This document shows positions 15,097 to 28,481 of a stretch of DNA of 64,000 nt, in pieces. Location of the stretch: positions 32,001-96,000 of IMG/VR virus record IMGVR_UViG_3300021255_000152. One strand, 5' to 3'. The number at the start of each line of letters is the position of its first letter. Within the stretch, counting starts at the first letter, position 1. This DNA is from a virus. Lineage: Duplodnaviria; Caudoviricetes. The notes under the pieces were generated by a model, which worked only from the letters and a program-made list of their open reading frames with translations, ran no database searches and was not told the DNA's origin. The translations under genes and the position numbers were made by a program.

Positions 15097-15840
15097 GTGG
15101 TAAGCTATGTTAAGTTTATGCGATGTACGCAAGCATATTTTAACAATTTAACAAAAAAAGATGTAGATACCCTATATTTCGTAGCGAATCCTACGTCTGC
15201 GGATAATGGTTTCCTCTATCTCGGTAATAGATTAATTTCAGGAACTTCAGAAAAAGAATCAAGCACTACCAATGGATATATTTCTATAAATGAGGTAAAA
15301 GATATTCTCATTAAAGAAAATCTGGCGGATAATGATATTCTTTTATATAACGAAGGAACAAAGAAGTGAGAAAATCATGCGCTCCAAGATTTGTTGGTTT
15401 ATTCTTCAATGAAAGGAGCGACAGAAACCAAAGACGGTATTGCGGGATTAGTTCCAGTTCCTATTGCAGGCGATCAGCTTAAATTTTTAAGTGGCGATGG
15501 AACATGGAAAGAAATAAATACCTATGATGCGGAATTACACGCCGTAGTTAAAACCTTAGTTGCTTATGATCCAGACATGTCTGTTAGAGAAATTGCAGAT
15601 GAAGTTGTCATGGACGTACGCTCTAGAGTAGGTAGTTTAGAAAAAATCATTCAAGGTAGTGGTTCTAGTACAGACTTGGGTCTTTCAGCCCGTGTATCAG
15701 CAATAGAAAATACAATAGGTGATTTTCAACCCGTGTCTCCAAACTACCTAGATATTGGAGAAGCAATTAGTTATTTTGACACTTCGATAACTGAACTTAA
15801 TGATCGCTTAAGATGACATACATTATCGGAAAACTTATAA
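15097..15840 (+). CDS. Short tail fibre-like protein, 247 aa under code 4
   Basis: GTG start with AGGAGG RBS. Two TGA read through (GTKK-W-EN; RLR-W-HTL). GLVPVP...FLSGDGTW fibre motif. Confidence 0.75.
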
Positions 15841-15858
15841 TCGAAAGGAGATGTGATT

Positions 15859-17670
15859 ATGGCGGCAGCAAGCAATTTAGTTAATTTTAAACGTGGTACG
15901 TGAGATAACCTTAAAGCCTTAATAGAAGACGGCACAAGTGGCGTAGATGGTTGCTTTTATTTAAGCGTAGATGCCAATATAAAAAGTAGTCGCCTTTATG
16001 TAGGTCGTGCAGATGGTAGCATTGTCCCAGTTAATCAGGGTATTACTAGTGTTGCTAATTTCAATGCTTTACTTAGTGGAACATGGCAAGCTGGTGATTT
16101 CGCATATATTGAAGACAAAAATATTTTAGCTGTTTATGCAGGAGTTGGAGCAGAAACTCCACACTGGATTCAATTAAACCAAGATAAATATATTGAAAGA
16201 TTAGCAAGTGCGGTTAGTGTAACTAACGGTGTTGCAACTATCAATGTTAATGGTTTTTATAACTATGGTGGAGAAGAGGGTGTTCCTGACGTTACAACAT
16301 CCGTTACCATGACTGGTACAAATGGTATTGACGTTAGCGCATCTGGCACAGCAATTACAGTAGATGGTGATAAGTATAGTTTAGCCTCAGATGCTTCTAC
16401 TGCTGGACAGGCTACTATTAACTTAACCTCTACTAAAAATACTGGCGCAAATAACACTACTGCTCATGGTAGTGTAACTATTAAAGCTGGCACAAATGCT
16501 ACTCTTACAACAGCGCAGGGTGGTTCAGAAATTACTATTGGCGCGTTAGATAGATCAATTACAGATTTAGATTTCACAAATGGTACTACTTCTGGATTTG
16601 TTTTAACAGGTACTAAAGAGTATGATAATGATATTGAGGCTACTTTAGATCCAGCAGTTAGATATGGTGTTAATTCTACCGAAACAAAGAAATTCGAAGG
16701 TGGAACAGTAGTTCTTGATGTTTATTCTAAAACTGAAATTGATAACATGAAGAAGTCTCTTAACGCAATGACTTATAGAGGTACTGTTGGTACTGGTGGT
16801 TCTTTCGGTACAGACTGGACTGCGTTAGGAGGAAATATCTCCATTGGTGATACTTTTAAACTTGTTGGAATTAGTTCAGCTACAGAAGTTCAATTAGCTG
16901 CAGAGTATTCTGCAACTGGTAGTCCAGTACGAATCAAGACAGGCGATTTATTAATCGTTTCTGGTGCAGTCGATAAAGACACTCATCTTCCAGTTAATAC
17001 AGAAGGTGCTGATGGTTATGTATCTGGTACTATTAAGTTTGATGTAGTTCCATCTGGAGATGATATTGATACTACTTATAGTATTAATAATAATCAAACA
17101 CATGGAATTGATATTATCAATAATGTTAGTGGTAATCCTATTGGTGGTATTCAACTTCAGCAATTAGGCGGTACGGATGGCGACTATATCACTATGACAG
17201 ATCAAACTGTTACAGATGATGATGGCGTATCCAGAAAAATCGTTAAATTAAATCATAAAAACATTACTCAGCAGCAAACAACTGGTACTGGAATGTCTAA
17301 TAGTGGTGGTGCTACTATTACTGGACAAGTTGTTACTGGACTTACTTTTGATGATAAAGGTCACGTTGTTGGAGTAGAAAAATCTAGTTTAAGTGTTGTA
17401 AGTTCTGCTTCTAATATTACTCAATTTAAAGCAGTAGGAAGTGTAACAAATAATGTTGCAAAAGTAGAAAATCATATTGAGGTAGAGGATGCATCTTCAC
17501 AAGTTCATTCATTCTACAATGGAGCAAAATATACTTCTGACAACTTAACACTTACAGCATCAACAATCTCAAACGAACCTTTTGATTACACAGATTCTAA
17601 TTCTAATCCAGTTACTGGTACTGCAAGTGTCCCTCAGATTAGCATTAACTTTTTATGGGGTAGTTTCTAA
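15859..17670 (+). CDS. Tail fibre-like protein, 603 aa under code 4
   Basis: AAAGGAG RBS; ATG 15859 is in frame with track ORF 16309. One TGA at codon 15 (FKRGT-W). Thr/Gly-rich, ends INFLWGSF. Confidence 0.8.
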
Positions 17671-17733
17671 TTAGAGGACAGAAATCATTAAACAAGAGTG
17701 AATATCTTTCAAAATAGTTAGAAGATATTAAGG

Positions 17734-17769
17734 TAGGAGAGAAGAAATATCTTCTCTCCTATTTTTTTT
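17734..17769 (+). terminator. Rho-independent terminator-like hairpin just upstream of the giant gene RBS
   Basis: TAGGAGAGAAGA-4nt-TCTTCTCTCCTA followed by T8. Confidence 0.7.
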
Positions 17770-17796
17770 ATATGAAAAAGGAGAAAGGAGAAAAGT

Positions 17797-20700
17797 ATGG
17801 CTAATGAACACAAATTTTGGCCTATTCGAGGTACAGAAGATCAGATCTTAAAGCAGCCTTACTTTGATGGTAAAATTTATTTTGCTTATGATACAAATAA
17901 AATTTACCTCGACGTAAATGGTTCTAAGCATCCAATGGGTAGCGGAAGTTCTGGTATCTTATATGCAGAAGCAAATGAAGATACTTTGACAAAAGAAGTT
18001 CCAGAAGATGAAGCTGACGATAAGTATTTTATGTCTATCGAAGCCCTAGAAGAAAAAAGTCGTTCAAAGAAAGTTCTTGCCGATGATTTAATTCTCAATG
18101 CGGATGGTCGATTTTTTAGAATACTTAGTGTTGATGACGCAAATCAACAAATATACTGCCAATTACTTGCGGTTAGTGGTACCGGCGGTGGTGGCGGTGG
18201 TGGAGCCACTTACTCCAATAGAAGTAAAATATATAAAAAAGATCCAGCATCTAACTACCTTATTAACGGAAGAGCTGCTTCCATTGAGGTTTATGCAGTA
18301 TCTGGACGTGATCCAGAAGATGGCAGTCAATTAGATGAAAAGTTAATTGTTCACTGGGTTTTATCAGAAAAGACTTCTACTGGCTTGTGGAGTGAATATA
18401 AATCAGAGACATTCCCTATTGATGCTTCTACAACAGAAGATCCAATTTGGAAATCTTTTGAGTTTGGTACAAAAGCGCGTCAATCTACAACCAATAGACT
18501 CACCATGTGGGTAACTGGTAGCGCAAGTACTGAAAGTAGAAGTTTTGAATATGAATTCTATACTTCTGAATTAAGACTTGAAAAACACCCTAACTTCAGT
18601 AACGTTAATACCTACAGTTCAAATGGCGTAAATATCTACTGCACTACTGTTGGTGATTTGGAAAAAGCTATTTACTACTATTTTGAAACTGATGATGGAG
18701 AAGTTCTTTTAAATCCTGGTGGAACTATCGTTGGCGCAGGTACAAGTGAGCAAAGTTTCACCGTTCCTGCTGAATATGCAACTCATGGTTCTCATAAAGT
18801 TCGTATTGCACTTTATCAGAGTATTAATGGAGAAACTGATTTTAACGCATCTGCAGAACCTATTGAAATGGAAATTGCAGTAGTTGAAGTTGGAAATGAA
18901 AAGCCTATTATTTGGTTAGGCGATTATAAAGACGAATATTACCAGTATGATAATATTAGAATTCCTTTCAGAGTTTATGATCCAAGCGCAGTTATTGGTA
19001 CAGAAATAACTCTCTACAAAGATTCTGATAAGATTGGTAATAGAACAATCACCGATAATACTGTTTTCTCTACTTGGGAAATTATTGACGGCGATTTAAA
19101 TATGCGCAATTACTACTACATTTCTTGCGGAAAAGATGATTTAGAAACTCGTAGAGAAATTACTTTCATGATTTCTGAAGACCCTACCCGTGCAGATATG
19201 AAGATTGCTAAAGCTGGTTTAAGATATGTGTTTGATGCAAGTGGCCGTAGTAACAGTGAATCTGCTACAAATAGAGCAACTGTTGTTTATGGCGAAGGCG
19301 ATAACGCAATCAGAGCAAAATTAGATGGATTCAACTGGTATAACAACGGTTGGGTTACAGATAGTGCTACTGGTAATACTTGCTTAAGAATTAGTAATGG
19401 TGCAGTACTCTCAATTCCTTTAAAACAGACAATATTTGCTACAAGTTCTGCTTCTGAACAATCTCATACTTTTGAATTCCAGTTCAAAGTACGTAACGTT
19501 CAGGACTATAGTAGCATCGTACATAACGTAACTCGTTATCAGGGAAATACAGAAGAACAGCATCCACCAACATATCCTAACTGGACTGATGAAAACGCAT
19601 ATAATGTTTATACTCATCCAGAGCTTTATTTAGAATGGAGTAATGGTAAAGAGTTTGATAACTACGATGCGTTCTTACAATGGTACTTACCTGCTTACGC
19701 AGAACGTCATCCAGAAACAATAGCAACAATTCCTCCTTCTTATGATAACTTGGAATATAGAAAAACAGATAAGATTTTAAGCACTAACTATGCTGCTGGT
19801 CGTTATTTTGATGGACAGCATGGTATCTGCATTGGCGCACAGGATGCGTTATTCACAAATGGTGTAGATACAGTCAATGTTTCTTACGTTGAAGATAAAT
19901 TAGTAAATCTTTCTATCGTATATTCTCACGGTTCTGGTGATGAAGGTGGAAGTAACAAGTTAATGTCCATTTACTTAAATGGTATGCTAACTGGTGTTGC
20001 TCGTTCTACTGTTGATGGCTCTTGGACTATTGGTAATGATGATACAATCAACATTATCTTCGATTCTAAATATTGTGATTTTGATCTTTTCAAGATTAGA
20101 ATTTACAATCAGCCTTTAACATTGCCTGTTATTTTAACTAACTACATGGTTGATTTAAAAGACCCTGTTGGTTATGACTTAACTCGTATTGCGGCTGTAA
20201 ATAACACAATTGGAGAATCTCAGTTGAATTTCAATGATATGATTACATATAATGAAAACCATCCAGATGGTTACATTATGCCATATCTTATCATTACAAC
20301 AAATCCTAAACATGACAATAAACTCCCATGGTCTAAATCTGTAAAATTAGAGGATTATGCAACCTTTGAATTTGTAAATACTGGTCTTGAACGTGCTTAT
20401 AATACTGGCGAACTTGGTCAGCTTGCTGAGCGCGCAGGTCAGACAGTAGAAGAATATTATAAACATCACTGCCCATCTTGGACAGGTGATAATATCACTA
20501 TTCAGATTCAGGGTACTTCATCTGAATTCTATCCAAGACGTAACTATAAAGCAAAAACAAAGGATAGTAGCAAAAAGGTAAATATGTATATGAACCGCGG
20601 ACCATTTGTCCAGACATATGCAAATCCTGAAACTAAAGAACAAACCCATCTAGATTTCTTCTATATGGACAATGATACTGTTGGAACTACAAAATTCACT

Positions 20701-23700
20701 TTGAAGATTGACTTTATGGAATCTTCTGGAACTTATAACATGGGTTTTGCTAACCTTGTTAAGAATGCTTATACTCACCATCCTTTATATGATTATTATC
20801 AAAAGGGTGCTATTATGAAAGCTGATACTGAATATAAAGTATCTACTGAATATAAAGAAGGCACAACTTACTGGTATAAGAACCATAAAGGAAATATGAA
20901 AAACACTGTCGATGATGAATTAAAGATTCAGACAGCAGAAGACTATGCTATGGGTCCTGTTGCTTTTGCGCAGTCTATTGGACAAACAAAGGTTTTAACA
21001 GATCCAGCAGTTGAAGGTTATAATACTTGGTATGAAGCTACAACTGTATATAGTACAGCTCCTACTCCAGATTACCTTGATGATTACAGAACATCTGTAC
21101 AAGGTTTCCCTGTATTAACATTCCATCGTAAGACAGATGCAAACGGTAACGTTACAGGTATCAGCTATATCGGAAGATATAACATGTTACTTGATAAAGG
21201 TTCTGATGAAGCATATGGTTTTAAACCAATTGATGAAGTTTATCAGAAATTCGTTACAAAGAAGAATAAACCTGTTAAAGTTAGTAAGGTTGCAGAGTGC
21301 TGAGAAGCTGAGAACAACTCTCGTGGTTTCTGCTCATTCCGTGACGCTTCTACTAATAGAACAGATGATAAGTTCTTCGACACAGGTGCATTAACTGTAC
21401 ATGGCGCACCTATTGTTGCTGACTACTGGGAATATCGTTATCATAGTTGCGCTGATTCATTAGATATCCTTTATGAATTAGATGCAAATATTTCTGACGA
21501 AGATTCCATCGCTACAGTAGCAGATGAACTTGGAGTAGATATCCAGGATTCTACAGCAATTCCATCTCCAGATTCAAATTATAAGGGAACTTATACTCAG
21601 GGTATGAAGAATGCTGGCGATGCTTTATTAAAGACTTACTCTAACTGGGAAAGAGCAGTAAGATGGGTTTATAGTACAGACCAAGATGCTGTTCCTTCTA
21701 TGGGTGTTTATTCTAAAGTAGATTTAGGTTTAGAAGCATATGTGCCAAATCTTTATTACATCTTAAATAGTGATAGTGAATATGAATTAGATACTAGCGA
21801 AACATATGATCCACTTCTCACATATTATAAAGCATCTGGAGAAGAATATACTCCTATTAAGCTCTGCGCAGATAGTAGTTTGATTTATCAGCCAAATACT
21901 TACTACATTCCTTCTACATTAAAAGAAGGTGAGTATGTATTAGACCCTGAAACTGCATTTAATCCAAACTATACATATTACAACCTTACTGCAAATGAAG
22001 CAGAAAGTGGCGCAGTTGCACTTCCAGAGCCAGTTACATATAATGGACACGTATATTCATACGATACAAAAGAATATAGAAATGCTAAATTCACAAACGA
22101 TTTAAGCAAACACTTTAATCTTGAGTATCTCGTTACTTACTTCGTAATGACTGAAGTCTTCGAGTGCTATGACTCTCGTGGTAAGAACGCGATGTTCGCT
22201 TCTTGGGGTCCTCAGGAAGAAGGCGGAGATTATATTTGGTATCCAATATTCTACGATATTGATACTCAGTTAGGTATTAATAACACAGGTATTCCTTCTT
22301 TCGAATACTACGTAGATGCAACTGAAAATGGTACTTTCTCTACTAACGATAGCTTGCTATGGAATAACTTATATAAGAACTTCCGTGGTTTAATTATCCA
22401 AAAGTATAGACAGTTAAGAGGTACTAACTCCACATATCAGAGCTTAAAGTACGCTCCATTACAGACAGTAGATAGAATTGAAAGCTGGTATCTTGCAGAT
22501 CCAGAAGCTACTGGTAGTATGGTAATGAGAGGTGAAAAACCTTTAATCGCTCTTAACCTTGATGAATACTATAAGTACATTACTATTACTAATCCATTAA
22601 TGGGTTATCAGGATAGAAATGGCGGAACTGGTATTGATAATGGTACTTACTTCTACGCACTTCAGGGTGATAGAAGCTTATCAAGACAGCAGTTCTTAAT
22701 TAACCGTTTCAATTACATTGACTCTTGGTTAAATCAGGGTAACTACGAACGTGGTGGTACAAACATTATTCGTGGTCGTATCGCCGCAAACAGTCCTTCA
22801 AATACATCCGATAAATGGATTGAAGGTGAAACTATTAACACTGAACCAACACTTAATACAAATGTTCCTTACTGGAAAGATGCTGCCGAAACTCAAAAGA
22901 CACACCTTTTTGATGGTGAATATTGGATTAACATGGAGCCTGTTAGAAACTCTTATGTTACTGTTGGTACAGATACAGCAAACTTCCCATCTTTGAAATA
23001 TACAAACCTTGATGGTCCAGTTAAGTTCGTAACTCCAGACTTAGAGAACGGTGTTCGTAAGAGTGGTGGATATCACGAACAGCTCTACTATATCTATGGA
23101 CTTGACCAAATGAAGAGTCTTGGCGATATGAGTAGATTATATTGGACTGAATTTAATATTGAAGGTTCTGCTACAAAGATGACTGACTTATTACTTGGTT
23201 ATGACGGCTTGGATGAAGAAGGCAATTTCTATCTTAACGATAGAATCAATATGTACGGTATTCATGCAAGCAGCTCCGCAAGTGATAAGGGAGGTATGCC
23301 ACTCTTAAAGAGAGTAAATCTTTCCTATGTTAGATTCAATGATGAAGCTCCTACATATAATTTCACAAGCTGTGAAAAACTTGAAGACTTTAGAGCTATT
23401 GGTTCTAACATTACAAATGTTTCCTTCGCAAATGGTGTTGCTTTAAATACACTCTATCTCCCAGAGACAATCAAGAGATTAGACTTAACTGAAGCAACAA
23501 AACTTAATAACATTGTAACACAGTACATTCCTCGTAATGATGCTGCAGGCATTGATGTTACACGCGGATTATATATTCCTAATTTAACAGATAAGGCCGA
23601 TAACGAAGCTACTTCTCAAATTGAAACAATTAGTCTCATTGGAGATTGCTTAGGTTATGATAGTTATAAGTTATTAAGAAAATACTATAACGCACGTATG

Positions 23701-25641
23701 GGTGCGGCAATGTCTTATATTACAATGACAGATGTAAGATGGACTCCATATAAGCAATTAGATGAAGGAACTCCTTACAATGTTGATGATAATAATGCTC
23801 ATTTATATTGGGTAGATGATGGTCACTTCGGACTTAAAGAATATGTTCATGAGAACTATGATACTTGAACATTATTAATTAAGAATGGAGAACTTTACAG
23901 ACTTAATACTCAATTAGATGGCTCTACTATTAAATCTACAGATTTATTGATGCAGTTAAAGAACGCAAGTAATTTCAGAAGTGCTGCTGCTACAAGCACA
24001 CCAGTTCCTGTTATTACTGGTATCATCTACGTTGATAATGATACTCCTATCAACGAAAGAGATATTGAAGCTAACCTAGTTTCTGCTTACCCAGACTTGA
24101 AATTCTTCTTCAAGCAGGTTGAACAGGTTCCTGCTGCTAAATATATTATCCTCAATGATGATGGTACTTACGATACTCTCGTAAGAAGAACATTAGCCGC
24201 AAATGAGACATTCTTCCCTAATCCTCTAACTCTCGTTTCTTCTAGAGAATTAGATAGATATGAAACTCGCTTAAAGTACGACTTCTATGGTTGGGGTACA
24301 GTTCCACTAAGTCCTGCTGGAGTAGAAAACCTCAGAGACGATAACTGGTTTAAAGAAGAAAAAGGTAATCTTGTTGTAACAACAGATAACCCTGAATCTC
24401 CTGCCTTAACTTCCGACATGTGGTATAATAATTGAGATTCACTTTCTATTCAAGAAGGTGTAAATGATTACGTATTCTATGCTGTCTTTGGTGTGCATAA
24501 GTACATCATGACATTTAAGAATGGCGATAATACTACAGATGCTGGTATCTTGAAGATCGAAGCTGAAAGTCCAGTTCCATATCCAAAGACAATTGTTCCT
24601 TCTAAATCTGAAAAAGATTTACCTTTCGATCAGACATATTACTTCACAGGTATATGGAGATTAGAAAATGGAACAGAGTTGAAGGATGGAGTATTTAAGT
24701 CTCAAAGAAATCTTACTTTCTATCCTGAGTTTGCAACAAGAGACGTTCATTCCGCTCCAACAAACTTAGACTACTTTGAATTTAAGACATACGAATACTT
24801 GGATGGTAGTCCTAACTTTAGTACAAACTTTGCGATTCCTCAGTATGTAAGTGGTTCAACATATAACGTAAATGGTGTTTCAATTGGTATTAAACCTGGA
24901 GTTACTCTAAGTGGAAAGGTTACACTTCCTACTTATGATCCAAATGGAAGACCTGTTGTAGCATTTGATGCAAGCTGAAGTATTCCGGGCCTTACTCAGA
25001 AGCCATTACCTCAAGGCTGTGTAGGCGGACAAAACATTACACATATTTTCTGGTATCATACAGATGGTAAGGATCCAATGCTCAGAATTATTCCTGAATA
25101 CACATTTGCTGGTTCAACAGATGACAAAATGAACTTGCAGTATTTTGAATTCCCATCTTCATTACGTGTAGTTAATCACTATGCATTCTATCGTGCTCAA
25201 TCATTAACTGATATTAATCTTAGAGATGCTAACAATCTTTTATGGATTGGTAATAACGCATTTAGATTATCCACAGGTAGTACCGAAGAAGAAATTTTAA
25301 ATATGGGAGATATTTACATCCCAAGCTCTGTTGCTTCCATTGGTGCGCAAGCATTTGCCGCAATTAATGGTAACTATGGAACTGTTCAATTTGGTACTGC
25401 TCCTACTGGTTCTCGCTTATGTAGATTAGGAGAGTTAGATTTTACTGCTCAAGATGTAACAGTAACAATATTCTCTTCTATTGGAAACATTGGCGTATTT
25501 AGATTCTATGCTTCTTCAACCGCCCAAAAGAATGCTATGATGAAATTTGTTAATGATACTGGTGATGCTTTCCAGACATTCTCAATGTTTGAAAGAGCCG
25601 GAACAAAAGAGTATCTTGATGCAGGAAATCTTTCAAGTTAA
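17797..25641 (+). CDS. Giant multidomain virion protein: anchor module, LamG/ConA-like, CotH-kinase-like, LRR, B-repeat-like, BspA-type LRR; 2614 aa under code 4
   Basis: Fragments 17797, 21604, 23947, 24493 and 25078 are in one frame with 4 TGA. CotH-like motifs QGTSS..YPRRNYK, TLKIDFMESS, C-W-E, DSRGKN, WYPIFYDIDT. C-terminal FPSSL.....AF / IPSSV.SIG..AF LRR repeats. Confidence 0.75.
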
Positions 25642-25654
25642 AGGAGAATAAAAT

Positions 25655-25870
25655 ATGATTAAGACACCAATTTATACTTATTTAGGTACAAATGGAACTC
25701 TTACTACTCCAATTCATCTTGAGGGTATTTATGCTGTCGTAAAGTATCAGCTTGATGCAGAAGGAGATAAGTTCTTAACAAAGGATAATAAATCTTATGT
25801 TAAGACAGTTCTTTGTCCTGAAAGTGAAGTTGCCCTTTGGAAAGAAGTTTCCAAAAAGGCCAAAATATAA
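25655..25870 (+). CDS. Small phage protein, 71 aa (possible fibre assembly chaperone)
   Basis: AGGAG RBS; L.A..DK.LT.D....W.E motif often seen in small genes following tail fibres. Confidence 0.65.
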   Translation: MIKTPIYTYLGTNGTLTTPIHLEGIYAVVKYQLDAEGDKFLTKDNKSYVKTVLCPESEVALWKEVSKKAKI

Positions 25871-25906
25871 CAATAAAACTTAATATAAAATTAAGTATAA
25901 TAGTTA

Positions 25907-25940
25907 AGGGGAAGGGAAACCCCCTTCCCCTATTTTTTTT
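25907..25940 (+). terminator. Rho-independent terminator-like hairpin
   Basis: AGGGGAAGGG..CCCTTCCCCT followed by T8. Confidence 0.7.
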
Positions 25941-25962
25941 CAAAAGTTAGGAGGAAACATAA

Positions 25963-28467
25963 ATGATCACTTATATTGACAGTGAAAATAAACAAGACTA
26001 TACCGTGTTGTTTAATAAAGCCTCTGCAAAACTAGGATTAATTCCAATTATAAAAGAAACTCTTAATCCTACTACTCTTAAAACAGAAATCACTTATCAA
26101 AAGAGTGTTTTCAAGAATGAGAAGTGGGAAGTTGTTGATTGCGAAGTCAAGAAAGACGAGCAGGGTAATCCAGTAAGAGATTCTGAAGGAAATTTAATTC
26201 AGCTCGAAGTTGATGCCGATGGTAATCTCTTAGAGCTTGAAAGAAATGGTGCCGGTGAAATTGTACTTGACACACAGGGAAATCCTACTGTTTTAAGAAC
26301 AATTCGTGGTATCGCAAGCTTAAACGAATATTTCCAACACATTGTTGAATTAGCTGGTTTAGCTATTGGCGAAGGCCGTTCAGGTTCTGATCCATATTTC
26401 TTAAGAGTTCCTCTTGATGAACCTTTCTTTGAAATTAATGCAAATACTCGTGGAATTACAGTTCCAGGAGAATTGAGTCAGGTAGGTATCATAGGCGATA
26501 AACTTGCTGAAGTAGTATTCTTCAGAATTGATAGATACTTTGATGCCGTTGATTTAAACACAAGAGATATTTATATTGAGTGGGAACTTCCTGACGGAAC
26601 AAAGGGTATCTCAAGAGATTATCTTCGTGATGTTCAATCCGAAAAAGATAAGATTATCTTCGGTTGGGTAATTGGTGACGAATTAACTCAGCAAGTTGGT
26701 ACAATCCGCTTCGCTGTTAGATTTGTTGAATGGCTTGATAAGAATTATAAAGTTAATGAAAGTACAGGCGAAAGAGAACAGATTGATGAAGCTATTACTG
26801 GAACAGAGTTACTTTATAGCTTTAGCTCTTTACCTGCAACAATTTCTGTTTCTGATAGCTTACATTATTCTTTATTTGAAGATGATGAAGCTTTAGAGAT
26901 TTATTCCAGACAGACAGAACAGAACGTTGGTACAATTTCTCTCTATCTTGAACCATCTCTTCCAGATAGCACAGATCAGACAGCTCCTATTCCAGCAGAT
27001 ACACCTAGATTCATTAGAGACTTGAATAAGACTTACTATCCTACTGCTACTGCCGCTTCCGCAGATAAGAGTTTTGACTTCATTATTAATTTAATTGATG
27101 AAAAGCTTGATCTTGATGTTGAAGCAGTTGCTGAAGATGGTGGCGCAATTAGCTACATCTTCGGTAGAAGAGAACACTCTGAAGATGAAGGTACAGGTGT
27201 TAAGCCTACTGGAACAGTTGGTCTTGTAGCGAAGACTTCTTTTGTTGCTTGGACAAAGCAGGCGATTTTAGCAGGTGCTGTAGATCAGCATGGCAAGCTT
27301 GATAGAACATTCTACAAGAAGTTAGAAAATCAGACTTATGAAGTTGTAAGTCAGGTTTATATTGAAGATAGTGATGATGACACTGTTTTCTATGAAAAGG
27401 TTGCTAAGACAGTTATTGACAAACCTGGTCATTACTATGCTATTGCAACAAATAGAGCTGGTGGTAAGAAACCTACTAAGGCATATAGTTCTACATTCTA
27501 TGTTCCTTGGGCAGCTAAACCTACTGCAACAAAGCAAATGCCTTCTAGATTCATTCCTAAAGAAGATGTTTATACTATCGCTGCAAACCCAGAAATTCCT
27601 GAATCTAACGTAGGTGAATATCAGAATCAAACTAACGTTCGTGCAACTAAGACAGCTGTACATAATAATGTTACAGTTACACTTGCACCAGAGGTTAGCG
27701 TAGATAATGATATCAATGTTCCAAACTTAACATATCAGTGGTATAGAAACCCTAATAACCACTTACAGAGTTTATCTACATTCCATCCAGAAGCTTACAC
27801 AAGACCTACTGATGGAGCTAATAAAGTAACAGATGATGTTTGGGCAGCAACAGAAGCAGCTCTTATTACTAGAGATGGTTGGACACCTATTGAGGGCGCA
27901 ACTAATGCAACATATACTACAAATGAACCTGGATGCTATGCAGTAAAGATCACTAACTCTTATAATAATAGTAGCAAAGCTACTAACTTATTAGATGCTG
28001 GCGTATGCCGTGTTACTAATATGCCTAGTGTTCCTACTGTAGATTGGGATAAGTTCATTTCTGATGCAACAGATCATGGTACTATTGATACTGAAATTGG
28101 TATCAGCCTCAATAAGCATATTTCTGAAAGAGCAGATGGTGAAGAACCAACTCCTATTGATTACGATGAGATTAAGTATATCTGGCACAAGATTACTCTT
28201 GCTAAAGATATGCCTGAAGGCTCTGAAGAAAATGCATATCTCTATGATACAGAATATGCTACAGATGCCGACATTGAGCGCCCACAGGGAATCTTAACAT
28301 TCAATGATGGCCTTACTGATAAGATTCCTTTTGGTTTTAAGAAAACTGGAAACTACTATCTTGAACTTCAGATTACATTAAATGGTGCAACACGTATCAT
28401 TAACTATGGACAGAAGGAAGATACACCAAACGGTGGAATAGTAATTGGTATTACTAGCGGAAACTAA
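25963..28467 (+). CDS. BppU-like baseplate domain plus Ig-like domains, 834 aa
   Basis: F.I.ANTR.I.VP...AE.V.F.IDRYFD..DL...W.I....T...G.I.FAVRF segment; later YQWY..IEGAT..TY Ig-like motif. No in-frame TGA. Confidence 0.7.
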   Translation: MITYIDSENKQDYTVLFNKASAKLGLIPIIKETLNPTTLKTEITYQKSVFKNEKWEVVDCEVKKDEQGNPVRDSEGNLIQLEVDADGNLLELERNGAGEIVLDTQGNPTVLRTIRGIASLNEYFQHIVELAGLAIGEGRSGSDPYFLRVPLDEPFFEINANTRGITVPGELSQVGIIGDKLAEVVFFRIDRYFDAVDLNTRDIYIEWELPDGTKGISRDYLRDVQSEKDKIIFGWVIGDELTQQVGTIRFAVRFVEWLDKNYKVNESTGEREQIDEAITGTELLYSFSSLPATISVSDSLHYSLFEDDEALEIYSRQTEQNVGTISLYLEPSLPDSTDQTAPIPADTPRFIRDLNKTYYPTATAASADKSFDFIINLIDEKLDLDVEAVAEDGGAISYIFGRREHSEDEGTGVKPTGTVGLVAKTSFVAWTKQAILAGAVDQHGKLDRTFYKKLENQTYEVVSQVYIEDSDDDTVFYEKVAKTVIDKPGHYYAIATNRAGGKKPTKAYSSTFYVPWAAKPTATKQMPSRFIPKEDVYTIAANPEIPESNVGEYQNQTNVRATKTAVHNNVTVTLAPEVSVDNDINVPNLTYQWYRNPNNHLQSLSTFHPEAYTRPTDGANKVTDDVWAATEAALITRDGWTPIEGATNATYTTNEPGCYAVKITNSYNNSSKATNLLDAGVCRVTNMPSVPTVDWDKFISDATDHGTIDTEIGISLNKHISERADGEEPTPIDYDEIKYIWHKITLAKDMPEGSEENAYLYDTEYATDADIERPQGILTFNDGLTDKIPFGFKKTGNYYLELQITLNGATRIINYGQKEDTPNGGIVIGITSGN

Positions 28468-28481
28468 AGGAGGTATAAGAG

